Assembly: GCA_025782395.1 (NCBI GenBank)
Contig: JALGZD010000218.1
Coordinates: 4,876 to 68,875 of the forward strand
Direction of reading: 5' to 3'
Source of the DNA: a bacterium
GTDB lineage: Bacteria > Joyebacterota > Joyebacteria > Joyebacterales > Joyebacteraceae
DNA: 64,000 nucleotides
Every line of letters starts with the position of its first letter. Within the stretch, counting starts at the first letter, position 1. The notes beneath the pieces are model-generated. The model saw nothing but the letters and a program-made list of their open reading frames with translations. It searched no databases and was not told the DNA's origin. Both the position numbers and the translations under genes were made by a program. Below are positions 18,440-27,759 of this stretch, one piece after another.

Positions 18440-20146
18440 CTACTTGATAACGGCTACCTTGCGGACCGCGTTGCCCTCATCCGTGACTATGCTGAGGAAG
18501 TAGACACCGCTCGCGACCAATCGGCCGCCGTCATTGCAGCCGTTCCACGTCAGGCTCTGCGCGTCCGATGCCTCCAACCTTCTGACCAGTGAGCCGGTCA
18601 TGTTGAATATCTCGATGACGATCTCCCCGGAGTAGGATCCAAGATTCACTTCCAGCACGTCACCTTCTGCCGGATTGAAGAAGTTGCGGTCCAGCGACAG
18701 CCCCGACGGCTCGCCGGAACCGGCGAGCAGAATCACGGTTACCGAGGAATCGGCCAGAGAGCGCTCAAAATGATCAGTCGCTTCTATTCTCACTTGCGCC
18801 GCCGAGACCGGCGTAATCGCGTTCGACGAGACTGTGTAGATCACGGTGTATACGCCGGTCGCCGAGCCGGAGACCTGGACCTCTTCGGGATCGAAGTTGC
18901 TGTCTACGCCACTGAAATCGGCCTCCACATCGTAGCCGTCGTCATCCCACTCGCTCCATATGGTGATCGTCTGACCGGGGTAGTAGACGTTGTCATCATC
19001 CTGAATCGTGCTCTCGATGTGAGAAGGACCGGCGACGTCGAACGTGACCACGAAGGAGAGAAGCGGCGGAGTGCTTCCAGTGCCGTTGACGTGCCCCTCA
19101 CCGTCAGCCGTAGCGACGCCGTCATGCCCGCGCACGTAGACCGCAAGAGTTCCGTCGCTTGAGTCGGGAACACAGTCGGTGCACGTGAGCGTCTGCTCCC
19201 ACCAGACCGTGTCCGGACCCGAAAACGAGATCTCGACCCAGTCCACCTGGTCAAGCGAGAGTTCGACACCCGTGACGCCCGCGCGATCGTACGCCCAGCC
19301 GTTCACAACCGCCAGGGTATCGTTCACCCTCACCTCGGTCAAAGTGCTGTCGGGATAGATCACACCCAGATACGGAGCGTACAGGTCAAGATCGATCAGA
19401 AGCTCAGTCTGCGACACATTGCCGGCCGGATCACGAGCTTCGATATCCACCGAGTAGAGTGCGTCAGGCGACTCGGTACCGTCGCTGGAGATGCCGTCCC
19501 AGTGGACGAGCACCGACTCCGCACTCACGGATGAGAAAAGCTCATCGACCTCCTCGCCCTGCAGATCACGCACGACAACCGAAACCTGTCCCCCTCCACC
19601 CGTGTAATCCACCTCGAGCGAAACCGCAACGCTGTCGGCGACTCCATCGCCATCGGGGGTGAAACGATTGGGGACCGCGCTGAGATCAGAGATGATGGGC
19701 GCCTCCGTATCGACCGCGACGGGGATCTCCACATCTTCCGGTCCACCCTCCTGAGGAATGGCCTGGATCAGGAAGTAGTAATCACCATCGGGGACCATTG
19801 CTCTCTCCTCGCTCCCATCCCACCAGTGCCGATGCTCCCCCGGGTTCTCCCATCCTGACCAAAGCATCAGGATCTCCGACAGAGTCGAGTCGGCCACGGA
19901 CACGACGACAGCGGCCGTGTCTGAGAGCGTGTAGAAGACCGCCGTGGAGTCGTAGACTCCATCCGCATTCGGCGAGAAAGGGCTGGGTATGGCCCCGGTG
20001 TCGCTGATCAGCCCTGCCGCAGCCGCCTGGACGAGCCCCGCGAGGATGACGAAAGCCAGCCAGCCCGATCGGATCGGGGTCGCTCTCTGCATAACACCTC
20101 CAGATTCTGTTTTGGGCGACGGGCCCCCGAAGGGACTACTCCGCAA
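18440..20146 (-). CDS. secreted multi-domain protein with FlgD-Ig-like repeats and a type-A T9SS C-terminal sorting domain
   Basis: 568 aa. Signal peptide around MQRATPIRSGWLAFVILAGLVQAAAA. Repeated FSPNADGVYD / FTPDGDGVAD motifs. C-terminus ...GEIVIEIFNMTGSLVRRLEA...LTWNGCNDGGRLVASGVYFLSIVTDEGNAVRKVAVIK matches the T9SS type-A CTD pattern. Confidence 0.7.
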   Translation of the reverse strand: MRSSPFGGPSPKTESGGVMQRATPIRSGWLAFVILAGLVQAAAAGLISDTGAIPSPFSPNADGVYDSTAVFYTLSDTAAVVVSVADSTLSEILMLWSGWENPGEHRHWWDGSEERAMVPDGDYYFLIQAIPQEGGPEDVEIPVAVDTEAPIISDLSAVPNRFTPDGDGVADSVAVSLEVDYTGGGGQVSVVVRDLQGEEVDELFSSVSAESVLVHWDGISSDGTESPDALYSVDIEARDPAGNVSQTELLIDLDLYAPYLGVIYPDSTLTEVRVNDTLAVVNGWAYDRAGVTGVELSLDQVDWVEISFSGPDTVWWEQTLTCTDCVPDSSDGTLAVYVRGHDGVATADGEGHVNGTGSTPPLLSFVVTFDVAGPSHIESTIQDDDNVYYPGQTITIWSEWDDDGYDVEADFSGVDSNFDPEEVQVSGSATGVYTVIYTVSSNAITPVSAAQVRIEATDHFERSLADSSVTVILLAGSGEPSGLSLDRNFFNPAEGDVLEVNLGSYSGEIVIEIFNMTGSLVRRLEASDAQSLTWNGCNDGGRLVASGVYFLSIVTDEGNAVRKVAVIK

Positions 20147-20205
20147 CAGGATACAACGCTATCCGTCTGCTGTGTCAAGCCCAAACGGGCGCCGGTTCCT
20201 GAACA

Positions 20206-21291
20206 TCAGAAATGAAGCAGAACAGAGATGAGATGTCGCGGTCCGGTCCCGCTCTTGAGAAGGACCGCGTAGCCCAGAACGAAGCTGTCCGCTCGAAGGG
20301 CATCTCGTCCCTTGAAACACGCGATCATCGGGATGGCACCCACACCAAGGGACAGGACGACCGACTCACCGTCGTCTTCACGATAGAGACCGCCCCTGAT
20401 GGCTCCTTGTCCCCAGAGATTCCACTCGGCGCCGATTCGTGGCTCCAGCGCCGTCTCAGAATGCTTCTCGGCCAGATCTCTGAGATCGAATGCCAGAATG
20501 AGACTCTTCGTCGGCCTGAACGTCAGGCCCGCATTCATGGTGCGACCTGCCAGTCCCTCGATGTCGCGGCGGTAGCTGTCGAAGCTTTCGGCAACATCAT
20601 AGTAGATGAACCCGACCGTAACGCGATCGTTGGGATCCAGCATTGCACCATAGACGCGACCTCCTCCGTAGAGGCGCTCCCCCGAACCGTCCCATCCGCT
20701 GAAGATCACCTGGCTGACACCGATGGAAACGGTTGGTGCAAGGCTGAAGCCGATAGTCAGTGTAGAATAGTACGCATCGAGAAGACGAGTCGGATCGGAC
20801 AGGCCCTGAGCCTCTTCGAGGCCGACAGGATCCAGATACTCCTCGAGAAGCAGGAGCCCTACGGCCAGGCCACCCCGGCGTATTGTCACTCCCTTGACGA
20901 CACTCCCGACGGCGACTGCAAACTTCTCTCCAACGGGCAGCCCACTGTATGGCTTGGTATGCACACCGGACAGAAGACCCGTCTCTCTGATTACCGCGGG
21001 ACCGCCGAGGATGTTGGCGTGTATCCGCAGATTGACCCCGGTCCGGCATTGCGGAGGCTTGAGCCCGGCGGGATTCCACGCCATGGCCGCGAGTTCATCG
21101 GGAACAGCCACGAAGGCGCCCCCCATGGCCAACGGGCGCGGTGCAATCGTGCTCACGCTCCCGACGCCGCTTGCGGGAGAAGATGCAAGCGACAGACAAA
21201 GCATAGCCATAAGGGAACTCAGAACGAGTCCCGTGCTCCGCACATATCGAGAATAGCGCACCATGGCAGGCAGTATAGCACCCCGGAACAC
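20206..21291 (-). CDS. FadL/PorV-PorQ-family outer-membrane beta-barrel protein
   Basis: 361 aa. Signal peptide. Motif LAMGGAFVAVPDELAAMAWNPAGL. Paralog of 16892..18433, 41271..42341 and 42331..43302. Confidence 0.65.
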   Translation of the reverse strand: MFRGAILPAMVRYSRYVRSTGLVLSSLMAMLCLSLASSPASGVGSVSTIAPRPLAMGGAFVAVPDELAAMAWNPAGLKPPQCRTGVNLRIHANILGGPAVIRETGLLSGVHTKPYSGLPVGEKFAVAVGSVVKGVTIRRGGLAVGLLLLEEYLDPVGLEEAQGLSDPTRLLDAYYSTLTIGFSLAPTVSIGVSQVIFSGWDGSGERLYGGGRVYGAMLDPNDRVTVGFIYYDVAESFDSYRRDIEGLAGRTMNAGLTFRPTKSLILAFDLRDLAEKHSETALEPRIGAEWNLWGQGAIRGGLYREDDGESVVLSLGVGAIPMIACFKGRDALRADSFVLGYAVLLKSGTGPRHLISVLLHF

Positions 21292-21434
21292 CGATCACAA
21301 GCAGCCCTGACCCCTACCTGATCGCGTTCACTGCCCGTTTGCCGTTGACACCCTGGAGTTCCCCTGATAGGTTGCATCTGAGAGATACATGAGCAAAGGC
21401 AATCCGAGGCCACAGGAAGGAAGGTGAATTCATC

Positions 21435-21953
21435 ATGAGGTGGGTACTCGTTTTCCTGGTAGGCACACTGCTCGTGGTAGGCGGCGTTTCTGCTGTCGCT
21501 GTGGGTCCGGGTGACGGCACGGGAACGATCCCGACATCTTCTCCCCCTGCGCGGTCGCTCTCGTCCACGGGATTCTCCGGCTCGAGTGAGACGTCCATCG
21601 ACGGCAAGGTCATGAACCTCGATGGTGATCCGCTCGGTGACGTTACCGTAAAGCTGTACGTGGGTGGGCTTCTCCTCGCGGAGATGATGACGTCACCGGA
21701 TGGCACGTACGAGATTGTAGAACTGATTGACTACGGCAGGGACGTGACGATCACGCTCTGGTTCGTCCCGACCGATCCGACGCTGGTCATGGAGAACGTT
21801 ATCCTGAAGGAGAGCACGGCCGCTTTGCAGCGGAGCCTCTACAGCCCGTGCATCAAGCGGATCAGGATCGACCCTCTCACCTATGCGCCCATAAGACTCA
21901 TGAGTCTCGACAGCAGAATCCGTCGGCTGGGTGAGTCCGACTGCGCGGGCTAG
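21435..21953 (+). CDS. small secreted protein with a carboxypeptidase-regulatory-like (CarbopepD_reg) beta-sandwich domain
   Basis: 172 aa. Signal peptide MRWVLVFLVGTLLVVGGVSAVA. GKVMNLDGDPLGDVTVKLY...TSPDGTYEI pattern typical of CarbopepD_reg domains. Confidence 0.45.
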   Translation: MRWVLVFLVGTLLVVGGVSAVAVGPGDGTGTIPTSSPPARSLSSTGFSGSSETSIDGKVMNLDGDPLGDVTVKLYVGGLLLAEMMTSPDGTYEIVELIDYGRDVTITLWFVPTDPTLVMENVILKESTAALQRSLYSPCIKRIRIDPLTYAPIRLMSLDSRIRRLGESDCAG

Positions 21954-21995
21954 CAAGGGATCCGACGACGAGATTGATCGATGAACCAAGCAACA

Positions 21996-22023
21996 GGCGC
22001 CCGGCTCTTCACTCGCCGGGCGC
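21996..22023. terminator. GC-rich hairpin (GGCGCCCGGC-9 nt-GCCGGGCGC) between convergent genes, candidate bidirectional terminator
   Basis: 9-10 bp inverted repeat seen directly in sequence between the stop of 21435..21953(+) and the stop of lpdA(-). No clear U-tract. Confidence 0.35.
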
Positions 22024-22114
22024 TTGATTACTGTGCTCCGGCTTTCGTATCCTCCGGTTCCCCGGGCGCCTCGTCGTCTGCCACTGTCCGACCGTCGGGA
22101 CTGCACCCGTGCCG

Positions 22115-23497
22115 CTAGGCGGTATGGATGGCGACGCCGAGAACAGCCTCCGCCGCCTCCATTACTGACTCGGACAGCGTTGGGTGCGCATGGATAACAG
22201 CCGCGATCTTTTCTGCCGAGAGATCGTTCGCTATCGCAATGCCGATCTCGTGGACGAGCACGCTCGCATTGGCGCCTGCAACGACGCCGCCAACCACGCG
22301 GCCGGAACCTGATTCGGCCATCACCTTCACAAAGCCTGCGGTCTCTCCCCCGGCGACGGCCTTCCCTGAGGCAGAGAACGGGAATCGCCCCACATCCACT
22401 TCGAGGCCCCGCTCGGCAGCCTCGACCTCCGTGATACCAACACTGGCTATCTCCGGATGAGTGAACGTACAGCGTGGGACTGCCCGGTAGTCCATAGAGA
22501 GGTCGTGCCCGGCTGCGCAACTCGCGGCGACGATGCCCTCACGGGATGCGACGTGCGCCAGCAGCCAGCCGCCGATCAGGTCACCTATCGCATAGACACC
22601 TTCGAGTGACGTCTCCATGTGGTCGTTGACTGCAACGGCCCCGTTCCTGATCTCGATTCCGCTTTCAATGAGCCACTCATCTTCCACGGCCGGCTTCCGC
22701 CCCATGGCCAGGAGGACGACCACGGCCTCAAGGGAATCCCCTTCCGACAGCTCTGCTCTGACACGTGTGTCGCCCGGAGTGAGTGACTCGACTCTGGTAC
22801 CGGTTCTGATGTCCACTCCGCGCTTCTTGAGAGCTCTCTTCAGGAGTCTCACCGCCGACGCGTCCTCCCCCGGGAGTATCTCCGGCAGCATCTCGAGCAG
22901 CGTCACTTCGACGCCCATCGCAGCGTAGAAACCGGCGAACTCACATCCGATTGCGCCGGTTCCGATCACGATCAGGCTCTCCGGAAGGTCCACCATCGCG
23001 AGAGCCTCGGCACTCGTGATGACTCGCTTCCCGTCGTAACCGAAGGCCGACGGCACGACAGGTGTGGACCCTGTTGCCAGGATGACGCGCGACGACTCCA
23101 GCAGACGTTCTCCGTCAGCTTCTCTCACCCTCACGATACCCGGTCCGAGAAGTGTTCCTTCGCCCCGCACGACAGTGACAGCCCGTTTCTTCAGGAGCTC
23201 CTCAACCCCACCTCTGAGCCGCGCCACGATCGCGTCCTTCCTCGCAAAGATGGCCGGCAGATCGGCGCGGAAATCACGCACCTCAATCCCGTACTCCCCT
23301 GCTCGTCCGAGGTTCTCGAGAAGCTCAGCGCTCGCGAGGAGCGCCTTCGTCGGGATGCATCCCTCATTCAGGCAGACCCCCCCGAACTCACGCCTTTCGA
23401 TCAGAGCAACCTTGAGACCGAGCTGTGCGGCTCGAATGGCCGCGACATAGCCGCCGGGACCACCGCCAACCACAGTCAGGTCGAATCTCTCCGGCAT
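22115..23497 (-). CDS. lpdA: dihydrolipoyl dehydrogenase (E3 / L-protein)
   Basis: FAD motif GGGPGGYVAAIRAAQLG, redox-active disulfide GGVCLNEGCIPTK, NAD site, C-terminal HAHPTLSE. Start placed at ATG 23497 (MPERFDL...). Confidence 0.9.
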   Translation of the reverse strand: MPERFDLTVVGGGPGGYVAAIRAAQLGLKVALIERREFGGVCLNEGCIPTKALLASAELLENLGRAGEYGIEVRDFRADLPAIFARKDAIVARLRGGVEELLKKRAVTVVRGEGTLLGPGIVRVREADGERLLESSRVILATGSTPVVPSAFGYDGKRVITSAEALAMVDLPESLIVIGTGAIGCEFAGFYAAMGVEVTLLEMLPEILPGEDASAVRLLKRALKKRGVDIRTGTRVESLTPGDTRVRAELSEGDSLEAVVVLLAMGRKPAVEDEWLIESGIEIRNGAVAVNDHMETSLEGVYAIGDLIGGWLLAHVASREGIVAASCAAGHDLSMDYRAVPRCTFTHPEIASVGITEVEAAERGLEVDVGRFPFSASGKAVAGGETAGFVKVMAESGSGRVVGGVVAGANASVLVHEIGIAIANDLSAEKIAAVIHAHPTLSESVMEAAEAVLGVAIHTA

Positions 23498-23695
23498 CGG
23501 TTCCTCGCTTTCCACGCCCAGAGCACTTCTCATCGCTTTCGGGGCAAGCCTATCGGTCGCGACCTCCCCGTGTCAACCAGTGGCTCACTGGAATGAGCGG
23601 AAACGGGGATTCCACAGCGGTCTACTCAACTGCGCGGCCGCCCGCTCCCCTTCTGCTTCCAGCGAAGATGGTACGAAGCAATACGCCGTCTGATC

Positions 23696-23750
23696 CGTCA
23701 GACACATTGACCCGTGAGACGCCTTGATCCGTCAGACACATTGACGCGCG
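23696..23750. promoter_or_regulatory. two copies of a 21-bp direct repeat (TGATCCGTCAGACACATTGAC) in the lpdA/lysC divergent intergenic region, candidate operator sites
   Basis: Exact repeat at 23696-23716 and 23730-23750, about 50-100 bp upstream of the lysC ATG (23801). Confidence 0.3.
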
Positions 23751-23800
23751 AAACACAATGTGCTACACGAGTGAAACAGATGATTGTGGAAGGTGGATCA

Positions 23801-24970
23801 ATGGCCCTTATCGTACAGAAATACGGTGGCACGTCGGTTCAGGATCACGAGCTGGTCCTGCGCGTCGCCCACAGGGTGGCCGATCTCAGGAAGCGGGGGG
23901 ACGACGTGGTCGTCGTGGTCTCCGCCCGTGGTGAGACGACCGACCGGCTGGTGCAGGAAGCCAGGAGCTTCACTGACGCGCCCGCACAACGTGAGCTCGA
24001 CATGCTCATGAGCGCCGGAGAACGCATATCGATGTCGCTTCTGGCGATAGCTCTCAATTCGATCGGATGCCCGGCGGTCTCCTTCACCGGTTCGCAGGCC
24101 GGAATAATCACCGACACCCGGCACACCGACGCGCGTGTCCTTGAGGTGAAACCGTTCAGGGTTGTGAGAGAACTTGAGCGGGGAAACGTCGTCGTCATCG
24201 GCGGATTCCAGGGCGTCAGCACGGCAAAGGATGTCACCACACTCGGCCGCGGGGGATCGGACACTACGGCCGTCGCCCTCGCAGCCGCTCTCAAGGCCGA
24301 TCTCTGTGAGATCCTGACCGACGTGGATGCGGTCCACACCGCTGACCCCCGCCTTGTGCCGACGGCGCGACCGATCGACGAGATAGCGTACGAGGACATG
24401 GCCGAACTGGCCCGGTTCGGTGCGAGGATACTCAAAGAAGAGGCGGTCCGCTTCGCAGAGCGCAGCGGCATCGAGATCCACATTGCAGGGAGCGAAGGCG
24501 ACGCCGCTGGGACAATCATTCTGGAGAAGCCACACGGGGAGGAACCGCCTGTAGTCGGCCTCTCGCTTCTCGAACGCCAGACCTTTCTGTCAGCCCGGAG
24601 GGCGGATCGCGCCCTGATGACGCGGTGGATGGAACCAACGGAATCCCCGTTGCTCATCGTTCATTCGGGCGACCGGATCGAAATCGTGGTGTCGCCCAAC
24701 ACGCCCGAACGCGCTCTCTGGGACGACGCCGGGGAGCTCGATGCCTCAGAGCTGCCTTCCGGCGTCACTGCGATGGATGTGGACGTGATCTCCATCGTGG
24801 GCAGCGACGCAGCATACCGCGAAGTGATCACCAGATCCATCGCTGAACTGGAAAGATCCGGTATCGAATGCATCTGCTCCGTCGCCACGGGACGCTCCAC
24901 GCTGCTCGTGCTGCCGGCCGCCAGCGGCGCACGCGCCGAACTGTGCCTGCACGATCTTCTCATTGGATGA
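23801..24970 (+). CDS. lysC: aspartate kinase
   Basis: [13 protein letters not shown]...[12 protein letters not shown] kinase N-lobe, C-terminal ACT-like region. Start at ATG 23801, preceded by AAGGTGGA. Confidence 0.85.
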   Translation: MALIVQKYGGTSVQDHELVLRVAHRVADLRKRGDDVVVVVSARGETTDRLVQEARSFTDAPAQRELDMLMSAGERISMSLLAIALNSIGCPAVSFTGSQAGIITDTRHTDARVLEVKPFRVVRELERGNVVVIGGFQGVSTAKDVTTLGRGGSDTTAVALAAALKADLCEILTDVDAVHTADPRLVPTARPIDEIAYEDMAELARFGARILKEEAVRFAERSGIEIHIAGSEGDAAGTIILEKPHGEEPPVVGLSLLERQTFLSARRADRALMTRWMEPTESPLLIVHSGDRIEIVVSPNTPERALWDDAGELDASELPSGVTAMDVDVISIVGSDAAYREVITRSIAELERSGIECICSVATGRSTLLVLPAASGARAELCLHDLLIG

Positions 24971-25004
24971 GGATACTGACAAGAACGGCGATCGCCCAGG
25001 CAAC

Positions 25005-26540
25005 CTAGGCAGGGCAGGCGAGCCTGCGCCCCTTTCCATAGAGACCGGTGACTGCTATCTCGCGTATGCTGTCCGGTGAAACCTCGAACGGATCTTCCCC
25101 AAGCACGACGAAGCTGGCCTCCTTGCCGGGTTCCAGCGTTCCCCTCCTCCCTTCATCGAACGAGATCCAGGCTGCAGCATTTGTGAACAACGACACGGCA
25201 TCGAAAACGGATATGCGCTCGGCTTCATTCGGCCTGTTGACTGCTGCGTGAATGCCCAGAAGGGAATCCATCGGGGTTACGTACGAGTCAGACCCGCCCG
25301 CCAAAGGAACGCCGGCCTCAAGCAAGCTCCTGTACGGGTTACTGCGTGCCGCTCTTGAGCCCCCGAGACGCTTCTCCATCATCCCACCGGGACCGCCCCA
25401 CATGAGCTCGAACGTCGGTTGGACACACGGTGCTATGCCGAGCCTCAGAATGGACGCGATGTGTCCGGCTGAAGGAAGCTCACAGTGCTCTATCCTGTGC
25501 CTGGCGGACGCGCAATCCTGTCCGCACGCTGCCTCGTAGCACGCGAGCGCCTGCCCTATGGCTCGTCCGCCGAGGGCGTGCACGGAGATCTGAAGACCGC
25601 GCTCGTGTGCGGACCGAAAGAACCCGGTCAGCTCGTCATCGGTGTAGTAGAGAACGCCTCGCCCTTCACGGTCTGTGTACGGATCCGCAAGCGCCGCGGT
25701 TCCCGAACTGAACGAACCATCGAGAAGAAGACAGCCTCCGATTCTGGGAAGCCCAAGACCCGCCACGCGCCCGACGTCCTCAGTCTGTGCAAACACGACA
25801 AGCTCTATCGGCAATTCATCCTGCACGTCCAGAATCAGCTCAATGTCGGAATCACTCGGGTCCTTGTTTCCCACCAGCGCGTGCACGACACCGATCCCTC
25901 GCTCAACGGCTTTCCATGCGGCTGAGTGGAAGCACGAGATCCGCTCATCCCTGGTCAGCGATTCCCTCGATGCGAGCGCGGCGACGCCGTTGGCTTCGAG
26001 CCTCAGTACACCGGTTGCGCGTCCGGTCCCGTCTTTCTCGACTCCGGGGAGATCGTCGCTCACACCGAGCATGGTCATCGCTCGACTGTTGACCACGCAG
26101 GAATGCCCGTCGCGGCGCCTGATGAAGATGGGGAGATCGTTCGATATCGCATCCAGCTCATCTCTCGTGAGATAGCGCCCGCCGGCAAGAAGATCCGGAT
26201 CGAACGAGTGAGCTCTGAGCATGGAGCCGGAAGGTGATCGAGAAGCCTCAAAGATGAGTTCCAGAATATCCTCAAAGCGAGTTGCCTGCCCGAGATCGAG
26301 ATCTATCTCGAGAAGGCCGGTCTCAAGGAAGTGAACGTGGCAATCACAGAAGGCCGGCAGAATGGTCTCTTCCGACAGATCCAGCTCGAGCAGATCGTTC
26401 CCGGGCGATTCCGGAACCGGACCGCGACCGAGACGCTCAATGATCCCGTCGCTGACAATCATCCAGTCGTGCGGTTCCTCCGCCCCGGCCATCGAGCGAA
26501 TGCGGCCTCGTACGAGAGTCCTCACCAGCTCCTCCTGCAC
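25005..26540 (-). CDS. amidohydrolase-family metal-dependent hydrolase (Amidohydro_3-like)
   Basis: 511 aa. Metal-binding HxH (CDCHVHFLETG), conserved C-terminal hydrolase region. Exact start uncertain. Confidence 0.65.
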   Translation of the reverse strand: MQEELVRTLVRGRIRSMAGAEEPHDWMIVSDGIIERLGRGPVPESPGNDLLELDLSEETILPAFCDCHVHFLETGLLEIDLDLGQATRFEDILELIFEASRSPSGSMLRAHSFDPDLLAGGRYLTRDELDAISNDLPIFIRRRDGHSCVVNSRAMTMLGVSDDLPGVEKDGTGRATGVLRLEANGVAALASRESLTRDERISCFHSAAWKAVERGIGVVHALVGNKDPSDSDIELILDVQDELPIELVVFAQTEDVGRVAGLGLPRIGGCLLLDGSFSSGTAALADPYTDREGRGVLYYTDDELTGFFRSAHERGLQISVHALGGRAIGQALACYEAACGQDCASARHRIEHCELPSAGHIASILRLGIAPCVQPTFELMWGGPGGMMEKRLGGSRAARSNPYRSLLEAGVPLAGGSDSYVTPMDSLLGIHAAVNRPNEAERISVFDAVSLFTNAAAWISFDEGRRGTLEPGKEASFVVLGEDPFEVSPDSIREIAVTGLYGKGRRLACPA

Positions 26541-26547
26541 AACTATG

Positions 26548-27759
26548 CTAGATGCGCGTCACCTCGACGAGCCTGTAGTCTCCGAAACCCTGCCTGTCCA
26601 CGAACGTGAATCTCTTGTGCTCACCATAGTAGTACCAGGTCTCCCAGGCGTGCACGGTCTGCCAGCCTTCGATGAGCGACGTGAACCGAGTGTTCGCGTA
26701 GCCCAACCGTTGTAGGAACTCCTCCTTGAATTCGTTCCTGTCCGTCGTGGGGTTGGGGTCGCGGTCCTTCCAGAAGACGTCCCATGCCTCGTCCCGCTCA
26801 TCGGGGGATGCCGAAGTCAGTCTGGAGATCTCATCGCGAGTTGCGACGTAGCCGATCTGCGCGATCATCTTCTCGAAATCGTCGCCCCAGCTCCTTGGAG
26901 AGGTCAGGACACGAAACCGCGACTCGGTGTGCCTCTCGCCGCCCCCGGATGGCAGAGCTCTCACGTGCAGAAGATAGTCCCCCACCTCAAGGTCGACCAC
27001 GGAGAACTGCCGCACATGTCTTGTCACCCACGCGGTCTGCAAGACCGTGTCGCGCATGGTCATCCTGGTCCGGTTGTCGAGCGTCGTAACGGAAAGCTCG
27101 AGCGCGTAGGTGATGCCGCTGTCCCCGTAAGCGGGTACTTGCACGCGAACGACGGGACGCTCCTCCTCGTACTGTCTCGACGGGTTCGGAACAAATCTCA
27201 GGACGTCGGGAGACAGGCTTGGGGCCGCCACGTCGAACTCGACCGTACCGAGCGCGACAAGGCCCTCTGCGAGCGCACCGACCTCTACCCGCCTTTCAAC
27301 AACGCCGCTTCTTCGGGAGTCGAGACTCGAGAGCTCCACCTTGAGCCTGTAGGAACCCTCTTTCGCGTCTATGCGAAGGACGTCCCTCGCGGCGCTCTTC
27401 CTGGAGTTCGTCCCGACGTAGGTCTCGACGTCCACCGACCTCACCCAGGAGTCGCCGGCGACCTGCCTGCCGCGGCTGTCGTACAGGATCGCCGTGATCT
27501 CGTAGCGAGCTCGGTAGCCGTCACCACGCTTCAGAAACATCAGTTCATCATAGACGACTGAGCAGCCTATCTCGACGGTGCTGCCGCCCCGGACGGTCGG
27601 TAGCACCGTCACATCCAGAGTGAACCGTATGTCTCCGAAACTGGACGGCGTGATCGCATAAGGAGACACGGTCTGCGCGCCGACGTTTGAGGCCGTCGCC
27701 GGAAACAGGACGAGTGCCGCCGGTAGCAGCACTCTTTCACACCACCGCGCCATACGCAT
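26548..27759 (-). CDS. secreted GWxTD-domain-like protein (variant motif GWQTV...WYYYG)
   Basis: 403 aa. Signal peptide. C-terminal ...LIEGWQTVHAWETWYYYGEHKRFTFVDRQGFGDYRLV resembles the GWxTD domain signature. Confidence 0.45.
   Translation of the reverse strand: MRMARWCERVLLPAALVLFPATASNVGAQTVSPYAITPSSFGDIRFTLDVTVLPTVRGGSTVEIGCSVVYDELMFLKRGDGYRARYEITAILYDSRGRQVAGDSWVRSVDVETYVGTNSRKSAARDVLRIDAKEGSYRLKVELSSLDSRRSGVVERRVEVGALAEGLVALGTVEFDVAAPSLSPDVLRFVPNPSRQYEEERPVVRVQVPAYGDSGITYALELSVTTLDNRTRMTMRDTVLQTAWVTRHVRQFSVVDLEVGDYLLHVRALPSGGGERHTESRFRVLTSPRSWGDDFEKMIAQIGYVATRDEISRLTSASPDERDEAWDVFWKDRDPNPTTDRNEFKEEFLQRLGYANTRFTSLIEGWQTVHAWETWYYYGEHKRFTFVDRQGFGDYRLVEVTRI

Noticed and set aside
20212-21321. 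369-aa plus-strand ORF
   Set aside because: It is antisense to the PorV-like gene 20206..21291, which carries the conserved NPAGL barrel motif shared by three paralogs. The plus-strand translation is Arg/Gln/Glu-rich with no motifs.
23696-23750. Possible CRISPR array, given an exact direct repeat
   Set aside because: There are only two copies of a 21-bp repeat and no cas genes in the window. It fits a regulatory operator duplication better and is reported as a regulatory feature.
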